DNA of 32,000 nucleotides from Edaphobacter aggregans (GCF_003945235.1 NZ_RSDW01000001.1:1710001-1742000), one strand, 5' to 3'; shown: positions 1-8,136, counted from the first letter of the stretch. The notes: a model not told the origin generated them from the sequence alone. Numbers and translations: made by a program.

Positions 1-2
1 TC

Positions 3-596
3 GGCAGCGACGTTCTCCGCTACGCAGCAGTATGGCTCACAGGCTTTCTCGTCGTCGGTCTGCTCGAGGAGTACCTCACCCGCGGCTATCTTCAGTACAC
101 ACTCACCCGCGGCCTCGCTGCCCTCTACCGCTTCGCCTTCAAGACTCGCCACAGCACAGCACTCGGCTTCTGGAGCGCCGCCCTGATCCTTTCCATCCTC
201 TTCGGCGCCGGCCACGGCAACAACCCCGGCGAATCCCCCATCGGGCTCGTCGCCGCCGGACTCGCCGGCTTAGTCTTCTGCCTCAGCCTCTGGCGCACCG
301 GCTCCCTCTGGTGGGCCATCGGCTTCCACGCAGCATGGGACTGGGCACAATCCTTCCTTTACGGAGTGGCCGACAGCGGCACGATGGTCAAATTCCATCT
401 GCTGGCCACGCACCCCGTCGGCAAGCCAATCCTCAGCGGCGGAGCCACCGGCCCTGAAGGCAGCATCTTCATCCTGCCGATCCTCTTCCTCGTCTCGCTT
501 GTCATCATCTACACCCTGCCCCACACCAACCCACTCGCAAACGATGGCGGCGATTTGATCAACCTCAAAACCTCAAGCCTGGACGCTGAAGCCTAA
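3..596 (+). CDS. CPBP family intramembrane glutamic endopeptidase (CAAX/Abi type), 5' end cut by window edge
   Basis: Frame 3 is open from the window start to TAA at 594-596. The translation contains the CPBP signature motifs: GLLEEYLTRGYL (EExxxR), FGAGH and WWAIGFHAAWDW. The rest is hydrophobic TM segments. Confidence 0.8.
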   Translation, partial: GSDVLRYAAVWLTGFLVVGLLEEYLTRGYLQYTLTRGLAALYRFAFKTRHSTALGFWSAALILSILFGAGHGNNPGESPIGLVAAGLAGLVFCLSLWRTGSLWWAIGFHAAWDWAQSFLYGVADSGTMVKFHLLATHPVGKPILSGGATGPEGSIFILPILFLVSLVIIYTLPHTNPLANDGGDLINLKTSSLDAEA

Positions 597-2203
597 ATCC
601 TCACCGCGCGAAACCGGCTGTCCTCCAGATCCAGCTCGCGCTCAATCGTCCGTACCACATCGTCGCTGATCTTGCCCTCCTCCTGCAGCCGCAGCAAAGC
701 TTCCCGCTCCGCCTGAACCGCACCCTCGCCCACCTCCAGCAGATGCTTGTAGATGTGAACATTCTCCCCATTCTCATCATGCCCTTCCGCAACGTGCTCC
801 AGCTTGTGTCTGTACCGATCCATCAGATCGTTGAAGACGTGCGAATGTTCCTCACCGCACACCAACCGCTCCCGCTCCAGATACTCGATCGCTGCCCGGA
901 AAACAATTCGCCGCGCCTCTGTCTCCTCCGGATCGACCCCCTCCGTCCCTGCCAGGCCCAGCGCGCGAATCACCGACGGCAGCGTCAACCCCTGCAACAC
1001 CAGCGTCACCAGAATCACGCAGAACGACAGAAAAAGAATCAAATTCCGCGGCCCAAACGGCTGCCCATTGACCATCTCTGGAACCGAGATCGCCGCCGCC
1101 AGCGCCAGCACCCCACGCATTCCCGTCCAACCAATCACAAAGATGCTGCGCCGATCCAGCTTCTTCTCCTCGTGCCCCATCCACTTCTTCACCAATTCAG
1201 CGATCCGCACCGCCGGATACACCCACACCATTCGCAGCGCAATCACCACTACGCTAAAGATCACCCCATACTCCGCCAGCACCACCGTCCCATACTTCCC
1301 ATGAATCGCCGCCACCACATACGGCAGTTGCAGGCCAATCAACACAAACACAAGGCCATTCAAAACAAACGTCAGCGCCTCCCACGCTCCGGTCACCTGC
1401 AAACGAACCGCAGGCGAAAAGAACGTCGCACTCTTTCGGCTCATATAAAGTCCACACGCCACCACCGCCAGAACACCTGAAGCCTTGGCCTCCTCACCCG
1501 CCAGGTACGCCGCATACGGAACAATCAGACTCACCACCATCTCCACCGGGCCATCGTCGATGAACCGCTCCATCCACGCCACCGCCACCCCAATCAACAA
1601 TCCGATCCCAAGCCCGCCCACTACCAGATAAATCAGCCGCGCCAATCCCGCCCCCACCGTCGGCATCTCCCCTCGCGCAATAATGGCAAGCCCAATCTCG
1701 AGCGCGAGCAATCCGGTCGCATCATTCAGTAGGCTCTCCCCCTCCAGAATGTCGACGATCCGCCGAGGCAGCCCAATCTGCTTGGCAATCGAAGTAGCCG
1801 CAATCGCATCCGTCGTAGAAACCACCGCACCTAGAAGAAATCCAGCTTTCCAATCCAGCGCCGTAATGAACCGGTCGGAGAACTCCGCCAACCCCCAAAC
1901 CGTAAACCCCACCAACCCGAACGCCAGCAGCCCAATCAGCAGCAGGTTGTGCCGGAAGTCCCTCCACGAAGCATTCCACGCCGACGAGAACAGCAACGGC
2001 GGCAGAAAGATCAAAAACACCAAACTCGGTTCCAGCGGAATATGTGGCATCCGCGGCATAAAGCTGATCGCCAGCCCAGCCAGCACCAGCACAATCGGAT
2101 ACGGCACCTTCAGCTTATGCGCCACCACGGCAAACACCGCCACCATCACCAGCAGAAGCAGAATCACCGTCTCCAGCGAATGCAGGCTCTCAACCGAAGA
2201 CAT
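593..2203 (-). CDS. Na+/H+ antiporter, CPA1 (NhaP-type) family
   Basis: 536-aa ORF with about 12 hydrophobic helices followed by a roughly 120-aa charged cytoplasmic tail, the typical CPA1 architecture. A GGAGGG Shine-Dalgarno lies upstream of the ATG at 2203. Its stop (TAG, 595-593) overlaps the TAA of the convergent CPBP gene. Confidence 0.85.
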   Translation of the reverse strand: MSSVESLHSLETVILLLLVMVAVFAVVAHKLKVPYPIVLVLAGLAISFMPRMPHIPLEPSLVFLIFLPPLLFSSAWNASWRDFRHNLLLIGLLAFGLVGFTVWGLAEFSDRFITALDWKAGFLLGAVVSTTDAIAATSIAKQIGLPRRIVDILEGESLLNDATGLLALEIGLAIIARGEMPTVGAGLARLIYLVVGGLGIGLLIGVAVAWMERFIDDGPVEMVVSLIVPYAAYLAGEEAKASGVLAVVACGLYMSRKSATFFSPAVRLQVTGAWEALTFVLNGLVFVLIGLQLPYVVAAIHGKYGTVVLAEYGVIFSVVVIALRMVWVYPAVRIAELVKKWMGHEEKKLDRRSIFVIGWTGMRGVLALAAAISVPEMVNGQPFGPRNLILFLSFCVILVTLVLQGLTLPSVIRALGLAGTEGVDPEETEARRIVFRAAIEYLERERLVCGEEHSHVFNDLMDRYRHKLEHVAEGHDENGENVHIYKHLLEVGEGAVQAEREALLRLQEEGKISDDVVRTIERELDLEDSRFRAVRI

Positions 2204-2364
2204 CAGTCAACCCTCCGTTCTTGAGGTGGAATCGGCCCTGCGAAATATCAGCCTATGACAAGAGGCTTTAGCTCCGGCCTCCTCGCCATTTCACCACAGA
2301 CGCCTTCATGAGACGTCTAAAAGTCTGCCGTTAACCTCAAACATTTAGACTCGAAATCAGCACT

Positions 2365-5073
2365 ATGAACCGCTACGAAGCCGAACCGCAACAGCCGAAC
2401 CCACTCCTCCACCGCGTCGTCCGCGACGAACCCGCCTACACGACCCCGCGCGTACACATCTTCTTCAAAATTCTTCTTGTCTCTATCCCCCTCGTGCTCG
2501 TCGGCATCGTCATCGCCTTCTTCACTGCCCGCCACTGGGCCCAGCGAGCCCTGCACGACTCCCTCCCGCAGCTCGACGGCAGCATCTCCATCCCCGGCCT
2601 CTCCGCCCCCGTCACCGTCCAACGCGACACCCACGGCGTCCCCCACATCCGCGCCGCCTCGCTCGACGACCTCATCATCGCCCAGGGCTACGTCACCGCG
2701 CAGGATCGCCTCTGGCAGATGGACACCCTTCGCCGCTTCGTCTCCGGCAACATGGCCGAAGTCTTCGGCAAGAGCATGATCCCGCACGACCGCATCCAGC
2801 GAACCCTCCAGATCCAGGCCGCCGCTGACCGTGCCTATGCCGCCTTCCCGCCAGATCAGATGCGCTGGCTCGAGCTCTACGCCCGCGGCGTCAACGCCTC
2901 CATGGAGGCACAGCGCGCCCACCTCCCCCTCGAATTCCGTCTCCTCGGCTATCAACCCGCTCCCTGGACACCGCGCGACACCATCACCGTCGGCCTCGTC
3001 CTCTTCCAGGACCTCACCACCAGCTTCCCGCAAAAGCTCAACCGTGAAGCTCTCGCCGCCAAACTCTCCCCCGAACTCATCGCTGACCTCTACCCCACCG
3101 GATCCTGGCGTGACCACCCACCCACCCAGCCCACCATCGACCTAACCGCCCCCCAGGAAGAGATCCCCGACATCCCCCTCGACGAATCCCAAACCAAGCT
3201 CACAAAGCCCACTGATCCCACAAACCCGAGTGCCCAATTCATGCGGTCCCATCGCATGAGTGGGTCATTCGCGCAAAGCGCGAACCGCACTCCTTCCACC
3301 AGCCAACGACCCACCGCTACCACCCAAGACCTCCTCGCCCTCCAGCAGTCCCTAAAAGACACCCTCTGCGAAGAGTGCATCCCCGGTTCCAACAACTGGG
3401 TCGTGTCCGGAACCCACACCGCCACCGGCAAGCCGCTCCTCTCGAACGACATGCACCTCACCCACAGCGTCCCCGGCATCTGGTACCAGGCTGACCTCGA
3501 AGCACCCACCCCTACCGGTGAATTCCACGTAACCGGCGTCTCTCTTCCCGGGGTCCCCTTCATCATCGTCGGCCACAACGCCCACGTCGCCTGGGGCTTC
3601 ACCAACCTCGGAGCAGACGTACAGGACGTCTTCATCGAACACACCCGCGGCACCGGCGACACCGCCGAATACCAATCTCCCGACGGCGCCTGGCACCCCA
3701 TCCTCCATCAAAAGGAAGTCATCCACGTACGCCGCTCGCAGGACATCGTCCTCGACATCCCCACCACCCAGCACGGCAACATCATCACCCCCATCATCTC
3801 CGGCATCCTGCCCTCGGAACAGCGAGCCCTCGCCCTCCGCTGGACCATCTACGACCCAGCCAACATCTCCGCCTCACTCCTCTACATCGACTCGGCCTCT
3901 GACTGGCCCTCCTTCACCGCCGCCTTCTCCACCTTCGGAGGCCCCGCCCAAAACGTCGTCTACGCCGATGATCAAGGCCACATCGGCTACCATGCCGTAG
4001 GCAAAATCCCTCTCCGCGGCAGCCTCATCCAGCCCAGCCCCATCAGCACAGTCCCCATCGACGGCCTCGACACCACACAGGACTGGACCAGCTACATCCC
4101 CTTCGACCAGCTCCCACAATCCTTCGACCCACCCAGCGGCATCCTCGCCACCGCCAACTCCCGCGTCACCCCCGACAACTACCCCTTTCCCATTACCCCC
4201 GACTGGGGCGCCCCCTACCGCACCGAGCGCATCTGGAAGGTCCTTTCCTCGAAAGACCACCTCACCCCCGCCGACATGCTGGCCCTCCAGACCGACGTCT
4301 ACTCCGACCTCGACCATGTCATCGCCCAGCGCCTCGCCTACGCCATCGACCACTCCAGCACAAAAGACAAGCGCCTCCACCAAGCCGCCGACCTCCTCCG
4401 CAACTGGAACGGCAACGTAGACGCCGACGCCTCCGCCCCCGCTATCGTCGACGCCGCACGCGAAGCCTTCTGGCCCCTCATCCTCACGCCCAAGCTCGGT
4501 ACCGCCACCCACTACGACCCCCGCACCAGCGCTCCATCCGAACCTCTCTGGCAGCTCTACACCTGGAACGAGAAAACCTACGTCGCCGAGCAGCTCATCA
4601 TGCACACCCCCGCCCGCTGGCTCCCCTCCACCTACGCCAGCTGGGACGAGCTCCTCACCGCCGCCGTCGACCACGGCCTCCACGAAGCCCACGCCCCATC
4701 CGACCTCACCCACTGGCACTACGGCAAAGCCCACCCCATCGACATCGAACACCCCATCTACATCCTCTCGCCGATACTCCAGCGCATCGTCAGCCTTCCC
4801 ATCGGCACTGGCATCCAGCCTCAAAGCGGCGACGGAACCACCGTCAAACAAGTAGGCCGAACCTTCGGCCCCTCCGAACGCTTCACCGCCGGCCTCGCCG
4901 ACCTGGACCACTCCACCCTTAACCTGGTCCTCGGCCAATCCAGCAACCCAGCCAGCCCCTGGTTCCTCGATCAATGGCCCGCCTGGTACAAAGCCACCAC
5001 CTACCCCCTACCCTTCACCAACCCAGCCGTTGACGCCACCACCACCCACACCCTAACCCTCACACCAAACTAA
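2365..5073 (+). CDS. Penicillin acylase family protein (S45 Ntn hydrolase; possible acyl-homoserine-lactone/beta-lactam acylase), N-terminal membrane anchor
   Basis: 902-aa ORF. Alpha-subunit motif: GVPHIRAASLDDLIIAQGYVTAQDRLWQMD. Beta-subunit N-terminal nucleophile motif: GSNNWVVSG...LLSNDMHL, with the Ser codon at 3388-3390. One TM helix near the N-terminus (FFKILLVSIPLVLVGIVIAFFTA). Confidence 0.9.
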   Translation: MNRYEAEPQQPNPLLHRVVRDEPAYTTPRVHIFFKILLVSIPLVLVGIVIAFFTARHWAQRALHDSLPQLDGSISIPGLSAPVTVQRDTHGVPHIRAASLDDLIIAQGYVTAQDRLWQMDTLRRFVSGNMAEVFGKSMIPHDRIQRTLQIQAAADRAYAAFPPDQMRWLELYARGVNASMEAQRAHLPLEFRLLGYQPAPWTPRDTITVGLVLFQDLTTSFPQKLNREALAAKLSPELIADLYPTGSWRDHPPTQPTIDLTAPQEEIPDIPLDESQTKLTKPTDPTNPSAQFMRSHRMSGSFAQSANRTPSTSQRPTATTQDLLALQQSLKDTLCEECIPGSNNWVVSGTHTATGKPLLSNDMHLTHSVPGIWYQADLEAPTPTGEFHVTGVSLPGVPFIIVGHNAHVAWGFTNLGADVQDVFIEHTRGTGDTAEYQSPDGAWHPILHQKEVIHVRRSQDIVLDIPTTQHGNIITPIISGILPSEQRALALRWTIYDPANISASLLYIDSASDWPSFTAAFSTFGGPAQNVVYADDQGHIGYHAVGKIPLRGSLIQPSPISTVPIDGLDTTQDWTSYIPFDQLPQSFDPPSGILATANSRVTPDNYPFPITPDWGAPYRTERIWKVLSSKDHLTPADMLALQTDVYSDLDHVIAQRLAYAIDHSSTKDKRLHQAADLLRNWNGNVDADASAPAIVDAAREAFWPLILTPKLGTATHYDPRTSAPSEPLWQLYTWNEKTYVAEQLIMHTPARWLPSTYASWDELLTAAVDHGLHEAHAPSDLTHWHYGKAHPIDIEHPIYILSPILQRIVSLPIGTGIQPQSGDGTTVKQVGRTFGPSERFTAGLADLDHSTLNLVLGQSSNPASPWFLDQWPAWYKATTYPLPFTNPAVDATTTHTLTLTPN
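3243..3290. repeat. Intragenic palindromic repeat, short copy of the CGGGTGCCCCAT...GTGGGCATCG-hairpin-CCGC family
   Basis: Sequence: GCGGTCCCATCGCATGAGTGGGTCATTCGCGCAAAGCGCGAACCGCAC. It has a perfect 7-bp stem with a 3-nt loop, TTCGCGC-AAA-GCGCGAA, at 3268-3284. Its 3' half aligns with 6011-6040 and 16603-16629. It is read in-frame as MRSHRMSGSFAQSANRT inside the acylase. Confidence 0.7.
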
Positions 5074-5084
5074 AAATCCACCTC

Positions 5085-5185
5085 GCCGTTGCCTTGCTGT
5101 TGCAGTTCCCTTTGCTGTTGCGGTTGCCTTTGCAGTTGCCGTTGCCTCTCTTGTTGTCATCCCGTAGGGATCTGCTGTTGTCCTC
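5085..5185 (+). repeat. Degenerate (GCNGTT)n hexamer tract followed by a GTCAT-headed hairpin element
   Basis: Tract: GCCGTTGCCTTGCTGTTGCAGTT...GCGGTTGCCTTTGCAGTTGCCGTTGCC. It is followed by GTCAT (5156-5160) and the hairpin ATCCC-GTA-GGGAT (5159-5171), then CTGCTGTTG. The same architecture recurs at 8137-8216, 8326-8376 and 31176-31247. Confidence 0.75.
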
Positions 5186-5210
5186 CCTCAACCAGCCACA
5201 AAAAGATCGT

Positions 5211-5258
5211 GCGCCCACTCATCGCAGCCTCATCGCGATGAGCGGGAATGTCCGAACT
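5211..5258. repeat. Palindromic element (CCCACTCATCGC...GCGATGAGCGGG)
   Basis: CTCATCGCGATGAG at 5229-5242 is a perfect 14-nt palindrome. CCCACTCATCGC (5214-5225) pairs 11/12 with GCGATGAGCGGG (5236-5247). The ATGAGTGGG / CCCACTCAT core resembles the element at 3243-3290. Confidence 0.55.
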
Positions 5259-5339
5259 TCCCCCAGCCAGCTCCGCATTTCGTCTTCTACTCCCTATTCC
5301 CTACTACCTATTCCATATCTCTGCGATACCCTCACAGTA

Positions 5340-7097
5340 ATGCCGCGCTACCGCCTACCCTTCCTCATCATCCCGATAGCCGCGCTCATCGCCATCCTTC
5401 CCCTCATCCTCCAAGGCTGCTCCTGCGGCCACGACTTCGACTTCCACCTCCTAAACTGGTTCGAAGCCGCCCACCAGTTCACCCACGGAAACCTCCACCC
5501 AACCTGGGCCTACACCCCCGCATGGAACGCCGGCGAACCCCGCTTCATCTTCTACCCACCCATCTCCTGGATCCTCGGAGCCATCCTAGGCCTCATCCTC
5601 CCCTGGACATGGACCCCCATCGCGTACACATGGCTAGCCCTCACCGCCGCAGGCTTCGCCCTCTACTATCTCGCCAAAACCTTCGCCACTCCCAACGCCG
5701 CACTGCTAGCCGCGACCTTCTACGTAGTAAACCCCTACACCCTCTTCACCGCCTACGAGCGCACCGCCTACGCCGAGCTCCTCGCCGCCGCCTGGATCCC
5801 CCTTCTCCTCCACGCCATCCTCCGCAACAAGGTCACCATCCCCCGCATCGCCATCCCCCTCGCCCTCCTCTGGCTAACCAACGCCCCCGCCGCCGTCATG
5901 GCCAGCTACACCCTAGCCCTCCTTACCCTCATCCGCATATTTGTCTTTACAAATTCGGGTGCCCCATCGGCGCCTGCGGCAGAACCTTCGGCGCGCTTTT
6001 TGCGCCTAAGGTGGGCATCGCGCGAAAGCGCGACCGCTCCCGCCAACATCGCGCTGAAAGCCACCATCGGCACCCTACTCGGTCTGGCCCTGGCTGCCTT
6101 CTACATCGTCCCCGCCGCCTATCAACGCCGCTTCGTACAAATCAACATGGCGATCCTCCCCGGCCTCCACCCACAAGACAACTTCCTCTTCCACCACACC
6201 CTCGACGCCGACCACGACCAAGTCCTCCGCACCGCCTCCATCATCGCCGTCATTCTCATCCTCCTGACCGTCACCGCCCTTCTACTCGCGCGAATCCAAA
6301 CCAAGCCCCCATCCCGCAACACCACCTTCCTCACCTCCCTCGCCATCCTCACCCTGACCATCACCCTCCTCCTCACACCCCTGAGCGCCCCCCTCTGGCA
6401 CCATCTCCCAGAACTCCGCTTCCTCCAATTCCCTTGGCGACTCCTCGCGATCCTCGCCCCCACCCTAAGCCTCACCCTGGCCCTGGCCCTCTCGCACATC
6501 AATCTCAAATCCCTCCCGACCACCCTCCTATCCATCGCCATCGCCGCATCCCTCACCTACGCCGCCTATCACTTCTTCCACCAGCCCTGCGACCTCGAAG
6601 ACACCGTAGCCGCCCGCCTCGCCCACTTCCGCTCATCAAACCCCGCCTCCGAGCCCACCGACGAGTACACCCCCATCACCGCCGACAACGACGCCCTCGC
6701 CCCCACCAATCCCCCCTACTGGCTAGCCGACAACCCCGAAGCCCCAAGCCCCACAAACACCCCCCCCGGCCCAGCCCCCACCCACCTGGCCCTCAACCCA
6801 ACCACCCCAAAAATCCTAATCCTCAACCGCCGCGACTACCCCACCTGGAGCATCACCCGAAACGGCACCCCCATCTACACCCGCCTCAGCCGCGAAGACG
6901 GCCTCATCGCCATCCCCCTCCCCGCCAGTCCCTCCGAAATCGCCATCACCCCCATCCGCACCACCGACCAACTCCTCGGCTACCTCATCACCGCCATCGC
7001 CATCCTGGCTCTCATCCTGCTCCGCCGCGCAGACAAAATCCGAGACCGCACGTCCGCTCAAAGCTCACCACGCACCGCTGATTTATCATCACCATAG
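5340..7097 (+). CDS. Large polytopic membrane protein, GT-C-like (resembles the PTPS-related / COG5617 membrane glycosyltransferase-like family)
   Basis: I take the ATG at 5340 (MPRYRLPFLIIPIAAL...) as the start, because the longer ORF from 5094 runs through the repeat elements. The 585-aa product has more than 10 TM helices. The N-terminal motif GHDFDFHLLNWFEAAHQFTHGNLHPTWAYTPAWNAGEPRFIFYPP is recalled as typical of that family. The family assignment comes from memory only. Confidence 0.6.
   Translation: MPRYRLPFLIIPIAALIAILPLILQGCSCGHDFDFHLLNWFEAAHQFTHGNLHPTWAYTPAWNAGEPRFIFYPPISWILGAILGLILPWTWTPIAYTWLALTAAGFALYYLAKTFATPNAALLAATFYVVNPYTLFTAYERTAYAELLAAAWIPLLLHAILRNKVTIPRIAIPLALLWLTNAPAAVMASYTLALLTLIRIFVFTNSGAPSAPAAEPSARFLRLRWASRESATAPANIALKATIGTLLGLALAAFYIVPAAYQRRFVQINMAILPGLHPQDNFLFHHTLDADHDQVLRTASIIAVILILLTVTALLLARIQTKPPSRNTTFLTSLAILTLTITLLLTPLSAPLWHHLPELRFLQFPWRLLAILAPTLSLTLALALSHINLKSLPTTLLSIAIAASLTYAAYHFFHQPCDLEDTVAARLAHFRSSNPASEPTDEYTPITADNDALAPTNPPYWLADNPEAPSPTNTPPGPAPTHLALNPTTPKILILNRRDYPTWSITRNGTPIYTRLSREDGLIAIPLPASPSEIAITPIRTTDQLLGYLITAIAILALILLRRADKIRDRTSAQSSPRTADLSSP
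5956..6040. repeat. Intragenic palindromic repeat, long copy of the CGGGTGCCCCAT...GTGGGCATCG-hairpin-CCGCT family
   Basis: Sequence: CGGGTGCCCCATCGGCGCC...GGCGC-GCTTTTT-GCGCC...GGTGGGCATCGCGCGAAAGCGCGACCGCTCC. It ends in the hairpin TCGCGC-GAAA-GCGCGA at 6018-6033. It shares its 5' end with 16575-16586 and its 3' end with 16603-16629 and 3261-3290. It is translated in-frame as SGAPSAPAAEPSARFLRLRWASRESATAP. Confidence 0.75.
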
Positions 7098-8111
7098 ATG
7101 GACTCCACCGTACAAAACCTGCTCCTCTCCGGCGCGCAGCTCACCGACGCAGCCCTCGAACGCCTCCTTCCATCACCCGACACCCTCCCCCACTCCATCC
7201 ATCGAGCCATGCGCCACAGCACCTTCGCTGGCGGCAAACGCCTCCGTCCGATCCTCTGCATGGAAGCCGCCCGCATGGTCGCCGGGACCGGTGAAATCCC
7301 CGAAGGCGCAGCCAACCTCGGCGCAGCCCTCGAGATGATCCACACCTACTCCCTCATCCACGACGACCTCCCCGCCCTCGACAACGATGACCTCCGCCGC
7401 GGCCAGCCCACCTGCCACGTCGTCTTCGGCGAAGCCATCGCCATCCTCGCCGGCGACGCCCTCCAAACCCTCGCCTTCCAAACCATCGCCAATCTGCCCT
7501 GCTTCGACTACAAGACCGTCCGCATTCTCCGCGAAGTCTCCGCAGCCGTCGGTACCGGCGTAGGCCCAAACAGCCCTTTACCCCCGGGCATGATCGGTGG
7601 CCAGGTCGTCGATATCGAATCAGAAGGCCAGACTCCCACCGCCGAGCTCGTCGAATCCATTCACCGCGCCAAAACCGGAGCCCTCATCACCACCAGCATC
7701 GTCTCCGGCGGCATCTTCGGCCTGCCCCACATCTACTCGTCCATGGGCTCGGGAAGCGGCCCCGAAGCCGCGGCTCAAGCGAAGGCTTTGGTCGAAGCAT
7801 CTCGGGCCAAACATGCAGCCCACGCCGACACGATCACCCGCCTCCGCACATTCGGCGAAAAAGCCGGCCTCGCCTTCCAGATCATCGACGACGTCCTCGA
7901 CATGACCCAAAGCTCCGAAGAACTAGGCAAGACCGCCGGCAAGGACACAGCCAGCATCAAAGCCACCTGGCCCGCCGTCTACGGCATCGACCAATCCCTC
8001 AAGGACGCCGAACAACTCATTGCCGACGCCTTCGAAGCCCTAACCCCCTTCGGCGAAGCCGCCACACCCCTAAAATCCCTGGCCGCCTACCTCGTCGAAC
8101 GCAAACACTAA
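7098..8111 (+). CDS. Polyprenyl diphosphate synthase family (FPP/GGPP synthase, IspA-like)
   Basis: 337-aa ORF. First Asp-rich motif: LIHDDLPALDNDDLRRG. Second Asp-rich motif: FQIIDDVLD. Also KTGAL. The ATG at 7098 directly abuts the TAG (7095-7097) of the upstream membrane protein gene. Confidence 0.9.
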   Translation: MDSTVQNLLLSGAQLTDAALERLLPSPDTLPHSIHRAMRHSTFAGGKRLRPILCMEAARMVAGTGEIPEGAANLGAALEMIHTYSLIHDDLPALDNDDLRRGQPTCHVVFGEAIAILAGDALQTLAFQTIANLPCFDYKTVRILREVSAAVGTGVGPNSPLPPGMIGGQVVDIESEGQTPTAELVESIHRAKTGALITTSIVSGGIFGLPHIYSSMGSGSGPEAAAQAKALVEASRAKHAAHADTITRLRTFGEKAGLAFQIIDDVLDMTQSSEELGKTAGKDTASIKATWPAVYGIDQSLKDAEQLIADAFEALTPFGEAATPLKSLAAYLVERKH

Positions 8112-8136
8112 CTGATTCACCCGCACTATTGCACCT

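Noticed and set aside
5094-5339. N-terminal 82-codon extension of the membrane protein ORF (MLLQFPLLLRLPLQLPLPLLLSSRRDLLL...).
   Set aside because: It is encoded entirely by the hexamer tract, the GTCAT hairpin and the palindromic element. The ATG at 5340 gives a normal N-terminus followed by the first TM helix.
5522-7081. 519-aa plus-strand ORF rich in Pro/His/Arg/Thr. Similar long alternative-frame or antisense ORFs: 3874-4974(-), 21508-22449(-), 23295-24491(+), 25284-26930(+), 28282-29526(+), 743-1480(+), 15970-16542(+).
   Set aside because: They overlap well-supported genes that carry diagnostic motifs. Their low-complexity P/H/R/G composition is what reading a C-skewed, high-GC sequence out of frame produces. 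They are artefacts of stop-codon depletion.
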